Shown: positions 1-8,304 of the stretch, piece after piece
How positions within the stretch are numbered: position 1 is the first letter of the stretch
Layout of the letters: the number at the start of each line of letters is the position of its first letter
From: a virus
Taxonomy: Duplodnaviria; Heunggongvirae; Uroviricota; Caudoviricetes
IMG/VR virus record: IMGVR_UViG_2568526103_000007
Reading direction: 5' to 3' (one strand)
Length of the DNA: 46,728 bases
Position numbers and translations under genes: made by a program
The notes under the pieces: model-generated
The model's database searches: none
Told to the model about the DNA's origin: nothing
What the model saw: only the letters and a program-made list of their open reading frames with translations

Positions 1-1143
1 CTATGCTGTTTTGATATCTACGATAATCCAGTCTTTACCACGATCATCATTGTATCGGTCGGTCATTTTTCTGGATTTATGGCCTAACAACTTTTGCGTA
101 TCCAGACCCTGTTCCCGATATAACCGTTCTGACAGAGATCGCTGCTCATGAAATGTGGGCGCAGTTCCTTGCTCCCATTTTATGCCACATTTTTCCCGGG
201 CCTTTTTAAAAGCCGTTGTCAGAGTATTTGCAGAAACCTGGTCTCCTCTGTTTGCTTGAGAGGTAGTGTGACGGTAATGGACCAGATATTTACTAACAAC
301 AGCATCCCTGCACTGAGATATAACTTCACGAAGGGTAATATTCAGAGCATCGCATTTCAGGTTAAGCGGAATAGCAAGTTTTGAACCGGTTTTTTCCTGA
401 GTAATGTGCAACATGTCGTCCCATATATCAGAGAATTTCAAATTGCAGATATCGCCTAAACGTTGTCCAGTAACAAGAGCAAGTAGCATGCCGCATTTTA
501 AATAGGGCTGCCGTCTGCTTACGCTGTCAAATATTGCCTGCCATTCGGGCAGTGACAATCTTTGGCGGTTTACTCGATTTCGCGGTTGTTTTGTTGCCTG
601 CGCTGGGTTAAATCCTGGCGGAACATGTCCTGCGTGTTGTGCTTCTTTGAAGACGTCGATCAACACCATTCTCACGACTTGCGCCATCCTGTTATGACCT
701 TCAGCCTTTACAGCATCAATTATTTCGGCAATATCAAGTGCGGTAATATCCTTGAGGTGTTGCATTCCACAATGCTCACGGAAAAGACGAATGGGTTTGC
801 CTTTTTGCCGATAGGAGTTGGGTCTTAGTTCATTATGTTGCAGCCTGTCCTCTTGGATAGAAATATATTTATCAAGCCATTCTGTCACCGTAATGTCTGA
901 GCGCCTGCCTTTCATTCTTTCCAGACGCTCATTGACGCTTAATATTTGTCTGGTACGTTGTTCAGCAATAATGGTATTTGCTTCAGTAGCAACTTGTTTT
1001 GCTTCATTCTCATCAGTTCCTAAGCTATGAAAACGACCGGATAGTGGATGTTTGTATTGCCAATATACCTTTCCGGTTCGCTTATCTAATTTGCAATATA
1101 AATTGGGTATAGAGATTTTGTGAGATCGGGGTCTAGCAGCCAT
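1..1143 (-). CDS. int: Tyrosine site-specific integrase (lambda-Int family, not lambda Int itself)
   Basis: 380-aa ORF whose stop codon is at window pos 1-3; tyrosine-recombinase catalytic signature visible in the C-terminal half (LVTGQRLGD ... HEQRSLSERLY ... LLGHKSRKMTDRY); sits at the prophage left end next to an excisionase. Confidence 0.9.
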   Translation of the reverse strand: MAARPRSHKISIPNLYCKLDKRTGKVYWQYKHPLSGRFHSLGTDENEAKQVATEANTIIAEQRTRQILSVNERLERMKGRRSDITVTEWLDKYISIQEDRLQHNELRPNSYRQKGKPIRLFREHCGMQHLKDITALDIAEIIDAVKAEGHNRMAQVVRMVLIDVFKEAQHAGHVPPGFNPAQATKQPRNRVNRQRLSLPEWQAIFDSVSRRQPYLKCGMLLALVTGQRLGDICNLKFSDIWDDMLHITQEKTGSKLAIPLNLKCDALNITLREVISQCRDAVVSKYLVHYRHTTSQANRGDQVSANTLTTAFKKAREKCGIKWEQGTAPTFHEQRSLSERLYREQGLDTQKLLGHKSRKMTDRYNDDRGKDWIIVDIKTA

Positions 1144-1369
1144 CAGCGATTATCCTTTGGAGTTTTGGGTTTGCGTTTATTGGGAGTTGCGGTTCTGCAA
1201 GCGTTCCTACAAAACGGGAATTTCGGTCAATCATCCAGTAGCGACCAACTTTTATAGCGGGTGGGGCCATCATTTTCCCTTGCGCGTATTTTTTCAGAAC
1301 TCGCTCACTTGGTGCTAAGTCCCCAAATTCTTCTTTAGCCCAGTCCTGTAAAGTGATTAGTCGAGACAT
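1133..1369 (-). CDS. xis: Excisionase (Xis-like winged-helix)
   Basis: 78-aa ORF overlapping the int start by 11 nt; N-terminus LITLQDWAKEE resembles lambda Xis YLTLQEWNARQ; position directly upstream of int. Confidence 0.7.
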   Translation of the reverse strand: MSRLITLQDWAKEEFGDLAPSERVLKKYAQGKMMAPPAIKVGRYWMIDRNSRFVGTLAEPQLPINANPKLQRIIADGC

Positions 1370-1508
1370 TTGTCCTCCTCTTAGCTGCTGAGGGAGTTTG
1401 TGACCGATATATCTGACATGATATTAAGCTCATGGCAGGTACATCTCTTGACTGGTCATAGAGATAAATTTAATGCTGAGAAATGCAGTATTGAATTTAT
1501 CAATTTTT

Positions 1509-1748
1509 CTATTTCCTGCGCATGTCACGTAACTTCTTAATGTGTTCTGCCGTTTCGATCTCTTCTGCTATCCGATCTGCATCAGCTTTATTCACAGGTT
1601 CAAAGTCATGATTAAAGCGGAACATGCTGGCGATACATGTTCTGCCTTTTCGGATGTAGTGAACTTTGTTGTGGGTAGAACGCAGGATTTTGCAGGGAGT
1701 GCCGTGGTGGTCGACGTACCAGGTGTTAGGGTCAATCACTCTGAACAT
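1509..1748 (-). CDS. Hypothetical small phage protein
   Basis: 79-aa ORF in the same leftward operon as xis/int; no family recognised from sequence alone. Confidence 0.4.
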   Translation of the reverse strand: MFRVIDPNTWYVDHHGTPCKILRSTHNKVHYIRKGRTCIASMFRFNHDFEPVNKADADRIAEEIETAEHIKKLRDMRRK

Positions 1749-2061
1749 TCTTGACCTTGTGTTGTGCGGATTGATATTCAGTGCTGATATTCACCTTTAT
1801 AGCGAACACCTTTACCGGTTTATCGCCAAAGTGCGGATGTGTGATTGTCTTCACTTCATATCCGTCATACGGAACATCAATTCTGCGACTGGAATCGTCG
1901 CGCTTCGGATATCCCTTTGTGATAATCAGGCGGTCATATTCCCGGAACATAATTCGCTTATTCCAGTAGTCATTACACAAGCGATACTCTTCCGTTTTCT
2001 CTCCGCGAATCATGGCATCGAAGTATTCACTTTTAACAGCAAGTTGCAGGTTAGCCATCAC
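1732..2061 (-). CDS. ASCH-domain protein (PUA-like fold)
   Basis: 109-aa ORF carrying the ASCH signature GxKxxExR (MIRGEKTEEYRL); co-oriented with the leftward early operon. Confidence 0.55.
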   Translation of the reverse strand: MMANLQLAVKSEYFDAMIRGEKTEEYRLCNDYWNKRIMFREYDRLIITKGYPKRDDSSRRIDVPYDGYEVKTITHPHFGDKPVKVFAIKVNISTEYQSAQHKVKNVQSD

Positions 2062-2279
2062 TTAATCCCCCTTTGTTTGCGGATAAGCTCCAGATCTTGC
2101 TGGCAACTGGCGCAAGTCCGACAACCCTGAACGGCCAGGCGTCTTCGTTCATCTATCGGATCGCCACACTCACAACAATGAGTGGCAGATACAGCCAGGT
2201 AGTTCAGGCGGCGCATTTTTATTGCTGTGTTGCGCTGTAATTCTTCTATTTCTGATGCTGAATCAATGATGTCTGCCAT
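2058..2279 (-). CDS. TraR/DksA-family C4 zinc-finger protein
   Basis: 73-aa ORF with CxxC...CxxC spacing (CCECGDPID ... CRTCASCQ) typical of phage TraR/DksA-like proteins; start overlaps the downstream ORF's stop. Confidence 0.6.
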   Translation of the reverse strand: MADIIDSASEIEELQRNTAIKMRRLNYLAVSATHCCECGDPIDERRRLAVQGCRTCASCQQDLELIRKQRGIK

Positions 2280-2377
2280 CTTTCATTAATCCCTGAACTG
2301 TTGGTTAATACGCTTGAGGGTGAATGCGAACAATAAAAAAGGAGCCTGTAGCTCCCTGATAATTTTGCTTTTCATGT

Positions 2378-2659
2378 TCATCGTTCCTTAAAGACGCCGT
2401 TTAACATGCCGATTGCCAGGCTTAAATGAGTCGGTGTGAATCCCTTCAGCGTTACCGTTTCGCGGTGCTTCTTCAGTACGCTACGGCAAATGTCATTGAC
2501 GTTTTTATCCGGAAACTGCTGTCTGACTTTTTTGATTTCAGAATTAGCCTGACGGGCAATGCTGCGAAGGGCATTTTCTTGCTGAGGTGTCACTGAACAA
2601 GCCCCATGTCGGCAAGCATAAGCACACAGAATATGAAGCCCGCTGCCAGAAAAATGCAT
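2378..2659 (-). CDS. Hypothetical protein (early-left accessory region)
   Basis: 93-aa ORF co-oriented with the exo-bet operon; no recognisable motif. Confidence 0.35.
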   Translation of the reverse strand: MHFSGSGLHILCAYACRHGACSVTPQQENALRSIARQANSEIKKVRQQFPDKNVNDICRSVLKKHRETVTLKGFTPTHLSLAIGMLNGVFKER

Positions 2660-2669
2660 TCAGTGGTTG

Positions 2670-2861
2670 TCATACCTGGTCTCTCTCATCTGCTTCTGCT
2701 TTCGCCACCATCATTTCCAGCTTTTGTGAAAGGGATGTGGCTAACGTATGAAATTCTTCGTCTGTTTCTGCTGGTATTGGCACAAACCTGACTCCAATTT
2801 GAGCAAGGCTATGTGCCAAATCAATACTCGTTCTTAACTCAACAGGAGATGCTTTGTGCAT
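2670..2861 (-). CDS. Hypothetical small protein (resembles a lambda b-region small ORF, possibly orf63-like)
   Basis: 63-aa ORF immediately downstream (in transcription order) of exo; identity to lambda orf63 is recalled, not verified. Confidence 0.4.
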   Translation of the reverse strand: MHKASPVELRTSIDLAHSLAQIGVRFVPIPAETDEEFHTLATSLSQKLEMMVAKAEADERDQV

Positions 2862-3022
2862 ACCGCCCCCCGTTTATTATTTATCTCCTCAGCCAGCCGC
2901 TGGGCTTTCAGCGGATTTCGGATAACAGAAAGACCGTGAAATACCCAGCCTCGCTTTGTAACGGAGTAGACGAAAGTGATCGCGCCTACCCGGATATTAT
3001 CGTGAGGATGGGTCATCGCCAT
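2834..3022 (-). CDS. Hypothetical small protein (possibly lambda orf60a-like)
   Basis: 62-aa ORF whose start overlaps the exo stop; position matches the small ORFs that follow exo in lambda. Confidence 0.4.
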   Translation of the reverse strand: MAMTHPHDNIRVGAITFVYSVTKRGWVFHGLSVIRNPLKAQRLAEEINNKRGAVCTKHLLLS

Positions 3023-3693
3023 TGCTCTCCAAATACAAAACCAATTTCAGCCAGTGCTTCGTCCATTTTTTCGATGAACTCCGGCACCATCTCGTCAAAA
3101 CTCGCCATGTACTTTTCATCCCGCTCAACCACGACATAATGCAGGCCTTCACGCTTCATTCGTGGGTCATAGTTGGCAAAGTACCAGGCATCTTTTCGTG
3201 TCACCCACATGCTGTACTGCACCTGGGCCATGTAAGCCGACTTTATGGCCTCGAAACCACCGAGCCGGAACTTCATGAAATCCCGGGAGGTAAACGGGCA
3301 TTTCAGCTCAAGGCCATTGCCGTCACTGCATAAACCATCGGGAGAGCAGGCGGTGCGCATACTTTCGTCGCGATAGATGATCGGGGATTCAGTAACATTC
3401 ACGCCGGAAGTGAATTCAAACAGGGTTCTGGCGTCGTTCTCGTACTGTTTTCCCCACGCCAGCGCCTTAGCATTAACTTCCGGAGCCACACCGGTGCAAA
3501 CCTCAGCCAGCAGGGTGTGGAAGTAGGACATTTTCATGTCAGGCCACTTCTTTCCTGAGCGGGGCTTTGCTATCACGTTGTGAACTTCTGAAGCGGTGAT
3601 GACGCCGAGCCGTAATTTGTGCCATGCATCATCCCCCTGTTCGACAGCTCTCACGTCGATCCCGGTACGCTGCAGGATAATGTCCGGTGTCAT
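3013..3693 (-). CDS. exo: Lambda exonuclease (Red-alpha)
   Basis: 226-aa ORF; sequence [40 protein letters not shown]... matches remembered lambda Exo over its full length; 4-nt overlap with bet. Confidence 0.95.
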   Translation of the reverse strand: MTPDIILQRTGIDVRAVEQGDDAWHKLRLGVITASEVHNVIAKPRSGKKWPDMKMSYFHTLLAEVCTGVAPEVNAKALAWGKQYENDARTLFEFTSGVNVTESPIIYRDESMRTACSPDGLCSDGNGLELKCPFTSRDFMKFRLGGFEAIKSAYMAQVQYSMWVTRKDAWYFANYDPRMKREGLHYVVVERDEKYMASFDEMVPEFIEKMDEALAEIGFVFGEQWR

Positions 3694-4475
3694 GCTGCCA
3701 CCTTCTGCTCAGTGGCTTTCTGTTTCAGGAATCCAAGAGCTTTCACTGCTTCGGCCTGTGTCAGTTCTGACGATGCGCGAATGTCGCGGCGAAATATCTG
3801 GGAACAGAGCGGCAATAAGTCGTCATCCCATGTTTTGTCCAGGGCAATCAGCAGAGTGTTAATCTCCTGCATGGTTTCATCGTTAACCGGAGTGATGTCG
3901 CGTTCCGGCTGACGTTCCGCAGTGTATGCAGTATTTTCGACAATGCGCTCGGCTTCATCCTTGTCATAGATACCAGCAAATCCGAAGGCCAGACGGGCAC
4001 ACTGAATCATGGCTTTATGCCGTAACATCCGTTTGGGATGCGACTGCCACGGCCCCGTGATTTCTCTGCCTTCGCGAGTTTTGAATGGTTCGCGGCGGCA
4101 TTCATCCATCCATTCGGTAACGCAGATCGGATGATTGCGGTCTTTGCGGTAAATCCGGCACGTACATGATTCATTGTCCTGCTCAAAGTCCATGCCATCA
4201 AACTGCTGGTTTTCATTGATGATGCGGGACCAGCCATCAACGCCCACCACCGGAACGATGCCGTTCTGCTTATCAGGGAAGGCGTAAATTTCTTTCGTCC
4301 ACGGATTAAGGCCGTACTGGTTGGCGACGATCAGCAATGCGATGAACTGCGCATCGCTGGCATCACCTTTAAATGCCGTCTGACGAAGAGTGGTGATCAG
4401 TTCCTGTGGGTCGACAGAATCCATGCCGACACGTTCAGCCAGCTTCCCAGCCAGCGTTGCGAGTGCTGTACTCAT
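3690..4475 (-). CDS. bet: Bet single-strand annealing protein (Red-beta)
   Basis: 261-aa ORF; [66 protein letters not shown]... matches lambda Bet; same length. Confidence 0.95.
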   Translation of the reverse strand: MSTALATLAGKLAERVGMDSVDPQELITTLRQTAFKGDASDAQFIALLIVANQYGLNPWTKEIYAFPDKQNGIVPVVGVDGWSRIINENQQFDGMDFEQDNESCTCRIYRKDRNHPICVTEWMDECRREPFKTREGREITGPWQSHPKRMLRHKAMIQCARLAFGFAGIYDKDEAERIVENTAYTAERQPERDITPVNDETMQEINTLLIALDKTWDDDLLPLCSQIFRRDIRASSELTQAEAVKALGFLKQKATEQKVAA

Positions 4476-4480
4476 CCGTT

Positions 4481-4777
4481 TTATACCTCTGAATCAATAT
4501 CAACATGGTGGTGAGCAATGGTTTCAACCATGTACCGGATGTGTTCTGCCATGCGCTCCTGAAACTCAACATCGTCATCAAACGCACGGGTAATGGCTTT
4601 TTTGCTGGCCCCGCAGCGTTGCAAATGATCGATGCAGAGTGATTCAAACAGGTGCTGTGGAAGACCTTTTTCCATGTCGTCTGCCAGTTCTGCCTCTTTC
4701 TCTTCACGGGCGATCTGCTGGTAGTGACGCGCCCAGCTTTGAGCCTCAAGACGATCCTGAATGTAATAAGCGTTCAT
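4481..4777 (-). CDS. gam: Gam, RecBCD inhibitor (short 98-aa form)
   Basis: [21 protein letters not shown]...HVDIDSEV matches lambda GamS; immediately upstream of bet in the leftward operon. Confidence 0.9.
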   Translation of the reverse strand: MNAYYIQDRLEAQSWARHYQQIAREEKEAELADDMEKGLPQHLFESLCIDHLQRCGASKKAITRAFDDDVEFQERMAEHIRYMVETIAHHHVDIDSEV

Positions 4778-4852
4778 GGCTGAACTCCTGAAAATGGCTG
4801 TGAAAATATCGCCTGCGAAATGCCGGGCTGATTAGGTAAACAGGAAAGGGGA

Positions 4853-5143
4853 TTAGTGATTCAGGCCGTTGCCGCGTCCGTCGAGAAAAACTTCCACGAG
4901 CAAATCACGGGTATAAGTGCGCTCGATGCCGCGATGCAGATAAAGCCGTCCGCGTAAATTAGCTGATGCAGTCCAGGTACCATCTTTGTGTTTGACCAGC
5001 ATTCCTGGCATGACCGCACCGCGATTAACGGTCTGCGTTCCGTAATGTTGATGAACCATAAAAACTCCTGCCCGTAAGCTGGGCTGCTGAACATATAGAG
5101 ACTTCTGCGCGTATTCAGGCGGTGGATGGCCGCCGGTTGTCAT
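4853..5143 (-). CDS. Hypothetical protein, first ORF of the leftward (pL-like) operon
   Basis: 96-aa ORF with a GAGG Shine-Dalgarno-like motif about 10 nt upstream; occupies the position where lambda has N/cIII/kil but resembles none of them (not arginine-rich). An alternative 77-aa frame overlaps it. Confidence 0.35.
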   Translation of the reverse strand: MTTGGHPPPEYAQKSLYVQQPSLRAGVFMVHQHYGTQTVNRGAVMPGMLVKHKDGTWTASANLRGRLYLHRGIERTYTRDLLVEVFLDGRGNGLNH

Positions 5144-5329
5144 AACTAAGCCGCCTCGTTGAAGCGACTAAGGTATGAAATGTTGAGTTAATTTCAGCTG
5201 GTCACACCGACGTTCACGCGTCCGTTTCACCCCTCGCACTCCCCGAAGCCTGCTGAAATTCAAACTGCGGATCTAAGCGGTCATCGCAACGGTGAATCAG
5301 GTAGTTGCCGTATCGTTGTGTTGTTGCGA

Positions 5330-5420
5330 TGAACTTATTTAAAACTATAGTTGTTTTATCGTCAACAACAAAAGTTGTTTTATTGGTTGTTTTAGATATA
5401 ACTGGTTGTATTTAGGATGG
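5330..5420. promoter_or_regulatory. Putative left operator/promoter region (oL/pL analog)
   Basis: Cluster of GGTTGT / ACAACC hexamers and short inverted repeats (for example AACAACAaaaGTTGTT) in a non-coding stretch between the repressor gene and the leftward operon; the same hexamer recurs in the cI-cro intergenic region. Confidence 0.45.
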
Positions 5421-5502
5421 ATTTATTTTGTGACTTGAATCGCATAGCGATAACTGAAGCGAGGTTATGGTGGTTTTTTTAACGGTGTGTGTGATGAGGG
5501 GA

Positions 5503-5533
5503 GGGCAAAAGAAAACCCGGCACGGTGACCGGG
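5503..5533 (-). terminator. Intrinsic terminator downstream of the repressor gene
   Basis: On the minus strand: CCCGG-8 nt loop-CCGGG followed by TTTTCTTTTG; lies about 120 nt past the cI-like stop codon. Confidence 0.5.
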
Positions 5534-5654
5534 ATTCTTACGCCGTTAGGTAAAGATATTATTGCGGTGGCTTAATATTACTACCTAGAGCAAAGATAGG
5601 AATTAGTTCTTTACTGAATGAGCACAATGCCCAGTTGATAATTTTTAATTGGTA

Positions 5655-6344
5655 CTACCCATGCTTCCTATATGTCTGCGGCATGCTCCCAATAACCTTA
5701 CCGAAGATGAACACCCGGTTCATCTCGTCTTTCTCGATCGGGTCCCACGGTGAGTAGCTTTTGTTATCAGAGATGACCAGCAGCTTATCCTTCATCATTT
5801 GCAGGCGCTTTACATGGGCTGTGTCGTCGTACAGAAACGCATAGATACCATCACCGTCGAAAGATTTAACTGTGATATCAACGAACAGCAGATCACCTGG
5901 TTCGATCGTTCCTGACATGCTGTCACCACGCACGTTAATGATGCGGATATTTTCCGCCTTCCTACCATCGAACATGTGACGAGCATCGTCAAACGAGTAC
6001 TCAACCGAGCGTAGAACTTCTACAAACTCACGGTTGATGACTCCCGGCCCAGCACTGACTTCTATATCAAGAACGTCAATCTTGAAGTATTTGGAATGGC
6101 TGACAGTTGATTGTATTGGTTGCACTGTACTGTCTGACATATTTCCAACGCCAGAAGATAACCATTCTGCGCGCACACCCAAAGCGTTCGCGATCTCCAC
6201 GATTTTAGTTGTTTGATTAGCTTTCCCTGTTTCGATTTTCTGAATAGCAGCCTGGCTAACCCCGACCAAATCCCCAAGCGCCTTTTGTGTAAGGCCTCGC
6301 GCTAATCTGGCTTCTTTAAGTCTTTCTGAGAGTGTTGTTTTCAT
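5655..6344 (-). CDS. CI-like prophage repressor (HTH_XRE + S24 LexA-like peptidase domain)
   Basis: N-terminal HTH (LTQKALGDLVGVSQAAIQKIETGK) and C-terminal S24 autocleavage domain (GDSMSGTIEPGDLLFVD ... KRL); divergent from the cro-like gene. The six-frame ORF extends to 6410, but the ATG at 6344 (MKTTLSERL) is the likely start. Confidence 0.85.
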   Translation of the reverse strand: MKTTLSERLKEARLARGLTQKALGDLVGVSQAAIQKIETGKANQTTKIVEIANALGVRAEWLSSGVGNMSDSTVQPIQSTVSHSKYFKIDVLDIEVSAGPGVINREFVEVLRSVEYSFDDARHMFDGRKAENIRIINVRGDSMSGTIEPGDLLFVDITVKSFDGDGIYAFLYDDTAHVKRLQMMKDKLLVISDNKSYSPWDPIEKDEMNRVFIFGKVIGSMPQTYRKHG

Positions 6345-6448
6345 AGTCCAAATGTACAACCAAGGTTTTATTCCATCAAACGAAAATGGTTGTTGACTAA
6401 AAACAACCATAGTTTTAATCTTGATTCAAATTAACCACGGAGGTTGTT
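6345..6448. promoter_or_regulatory. Right operator/promoter region (oR, pR, pRM analog)
   Basis: Divergent intergenic region containing the 25-bp palindrome ATGGTTGTTgactaaaAACAACCAT (6386-6410) overlapping a TTGACT -35 hexamer, plus an ACAACCaaGGTT element; GGAGG RBS 6 nt before the cro-like ATG. Confidence 0.6.
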
Positions 6449-6679
6449 ATGAACCCAGCTATCAAAACAGCGATCAATATCGTTGGTTCACAAAAGAAAC
6501 TGGGCGCTGCTTGCGAAGTTTCACAGCAGGCCGTCTATAAGTGGCTTCACAACAAAGCAAAGGTATCCCCTGAACATGTCGGCAGCATTGTTACGGCTAC
6601 TGGTGGAGTAGTGAAGGCATACCAGATTCGCCCGGATCTTCCGAAGTTGTTTCCACACACCGAAAAGAACGCAGCTTAA
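6449..6679 (+). CDS. Cro-like transcriptional regulator (YdaS-like HTH)
   Basis: 76-aa ORF divergent from the repressor gene; HTH-like segment GSQKKLGAACEVSQQAVYKW; position equals cro. Confidence 0.75.
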   Translation: MNPAIKTAINIVGSQKKLGAACEVSQQAVYKWLHNKAKVSPEHVGSIVTATGGVVKAYQIRPDLPKLFPHTEKNAA

Positions 6680-6748
6680 ATTTCCATTTCACGCTCTTTA
6701 ACAATAAGCAATCAACTTAACAGTCAATTCAAACTAAAGGAGTCAATT

Positions 6749-7288
6749 ATGCAACCACTTACATACCAACAGACTAGCGGATTTAGCCCGACTGCGGTGA
6801 TAAATCGTTCTCAAACAAAACAGGTGCCAGGCCACGAAAAAATCCGTGATGCCGTCCGCGCCTGGTCGGCTGTAGATAATCAGGATGTCGTTGCCACACT
6901 CATTGTGAATGAGTATCTGGAGCAGGGCGGCGGCACCATCGATTTCCCTGATGATGTCAGCCGTGCACGCCAGAAGCTGTTCCGCTTCCTCGATAACAAA
7001 TTCGATTCTGAAAAATACCGAAATAACGTGCGTGAACTGACCCCGGCAATTCTGGCGGTACTACCGCTGGAATATCGCGGTTACCTGGTTGAGCAGGATA
7101 GCTTCATGGCTAGGTTGGCTGAAATGGAAAAGGAACTCAGTGAGGCAAAACAGGCTGTCATTCTCAACGCACCACGCCACCAGAAACTGAAGGAAATTAG
7201 TGAAGGTATTGTGTCGATGTTTCGTGTGGACCCAGATCTGGCTGGTCCATTGATGGCGATGGTTACTACCATGCTGGGGGCGATATGA
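6749..7288 (+). CDS. YdaT-like protein (CII functional analog of Rac-type immunity regions)
   Basis: 179-aa ORF; segments EYLEQGGG and LTPAILAVLPLEYR resemble remembered E. coli YdaT (EYLRQGGG, LIPAILAILPRELR); located directly after cro where cII sits. Confidence 0.6.
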   Translation: MQPLTYQQTSGFSPTAVINRSQTKQVPGHEKIRDAVRAWSAVDNQDVVATLIVNEYLEQGGGTIDFPDDVSRARQKLFRFLDNKFDSEKYRNNVRELTPAILAVLPLEYRGYLVEQDSFMARLAEMEKELSEAKQAVILNAPRHQKLKEISEGIVSMFRVDPDLAGPLMAMVTTMLGAI

Positions 7289-7374
7289 CAGGTTCAGAAA
7301 TGGCGAAAGCCGGTCTGCTGGAACAGAACCGACTTTCAGGTGCAAATCGTAACACACTCATTGCGGGAGGAATT

Positions 7375-8304
7375 ATGGCAAACACTGCTGAGATATTCAA
7401 TTTTCCAGTGCCGGATGCGGCACAAAAGGAGCCGCGCGTGGCAGATCTCGATGATGGTTATACGCGCATTGCAAATGAGTTGCTGGAAGCTGTGATGCTG
7501 GCCGGATTAACACAGCACCAGCTTCTGGTCTTTCTGGCTGTCATGCGCAAAACATATGGCTTTAATAAAAAACTGGATTGGGTTAGCAACGAGCAACTTT
7601 CCGAATTAACCGGGATATTGCCGCACAAGTGTTCTGCTGCAAAAAGTGTTCTGGTAAAGCGTGGGATTTTTATTCAGAGCGGGCGGAATACCGGCATTAA
7701 TAATGTGGTCAGTGAATGGTCAACATTACCCGAATCAGGTAAGAAAAATAAAGTTTACCTGAAAGAGGTAAATTTACCTGAATCAGGTAAAAAAAGTTTA
7801 CCCAAATCAGGTAAAGGCGTTTACCCGAATCAGGTAAACACAAAAGACAAACTAACAAAAGACAATATAAAACCTTTTTCGTCCGAGAATTCTGGCGAAT
7901 CCTCTGACCAACCAGAAAACGATCTTCCTGTGGTGAAACCGGATGCTGCAATTCAGAGCGGCAGCAAGTGGGGGACAGCAGAAGACCTGACCGCCGCAGA
8001 GTGGATGTTTGACATGGTGAAGACCATCGCGCCATCAGCCAGAAAACCGAATTTTGCAGGGTGGGCTAACGATATCCGCCTGATGCGTGAACGTGACGGA
8101 CGTAACCACCGCGACATGTGCGTGCTGTTCCGCTGGGCATGCCAGGACAACTTCTGGTCCGGTAACGTGCTAAGTCCGGCCAAACTCCGCGACAAGTGGA
8201 CCCAACTCGAAATCAACCGTAACAAGCAACAGGCAGGCGTGACAGCTAGCAAACCAAAACTCGACCTGACAAACACAGACTGGATTTACGGGGTGGATCT
8301 ATGA
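7375..8304 (+). CDS. O: Replication initiator O (non-lambda N-terminal DNA-binding domain, lambda-identical C-terminal domain)
   Basis: The ORF is open from 7285, but the ATG at 7375 with a GGGAGG RBS gives MANTAEIFNF..., aligning with lambda O MTNTAKILNF; the C-terminal ~120 aa match lambda O; the iterons lie inside the gene. Confidence 0.85.
   Translation: MANTAEIFNFPVPDAAQKEPRVADLDDGYTRIANELLEAVMLAGLTQHQLLVFLAVMRKTYGFNKKLDWVSNEQLSELTGILPHKCSAAKSVLVKRGIFIQSGRNTGINNVVSEWSTLPESGKKNKVYLKEVNLPESGKKSLPKSGKGVYPNQVNTKDKLTKDNIKPFSSENSGESSDQPENDLPVVKPDAAIQSGSKWGTAEDLTAAEWMFDMVKTIAPSARKPNFAGWANDIRLMRERDGRNHRDMCVLFRWACQDNFWSGNVLSPAKLRDKWTQLEINRNKQQAGVTASKPKLDLTNTDWIYGVDL
7726..7837. repeat. Replication origin iterons (five ~18-bp direct repeats TTTACCYRAAWSAGGTAA) followed by an A-rich stretch
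   Basis: Five copies read directly at 7726, 7754, 7773, 7797 and 7820, each internally palindromic (TTACC...GGTAA); embedded in O as in ori-lambda. Confidence 0.8.

Noticed and set aside
148-1030. Three plus-strand ORFs (70-88 aa) within the integrase gene
   Set aside because: Antisense to int; cysteine/leucine-rich translations without features.
4861-5094. 77-aa ORF in another frame overlapping the 96-aa pL-proximal ORF
   Set aside because: Shorter, no RBS-like motif at its start; kept only the longer frame, itself at low confidence.
7726-7837. Short direct repeats that could be mistaken for a CRISPR array
   Set aside because: Repeats are 18 bp with only 2-10 bp between them, lie inside the O reading frame and are followed by an A-rich stretch: these are origin iterons. 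No cas genes anywhere in the window.
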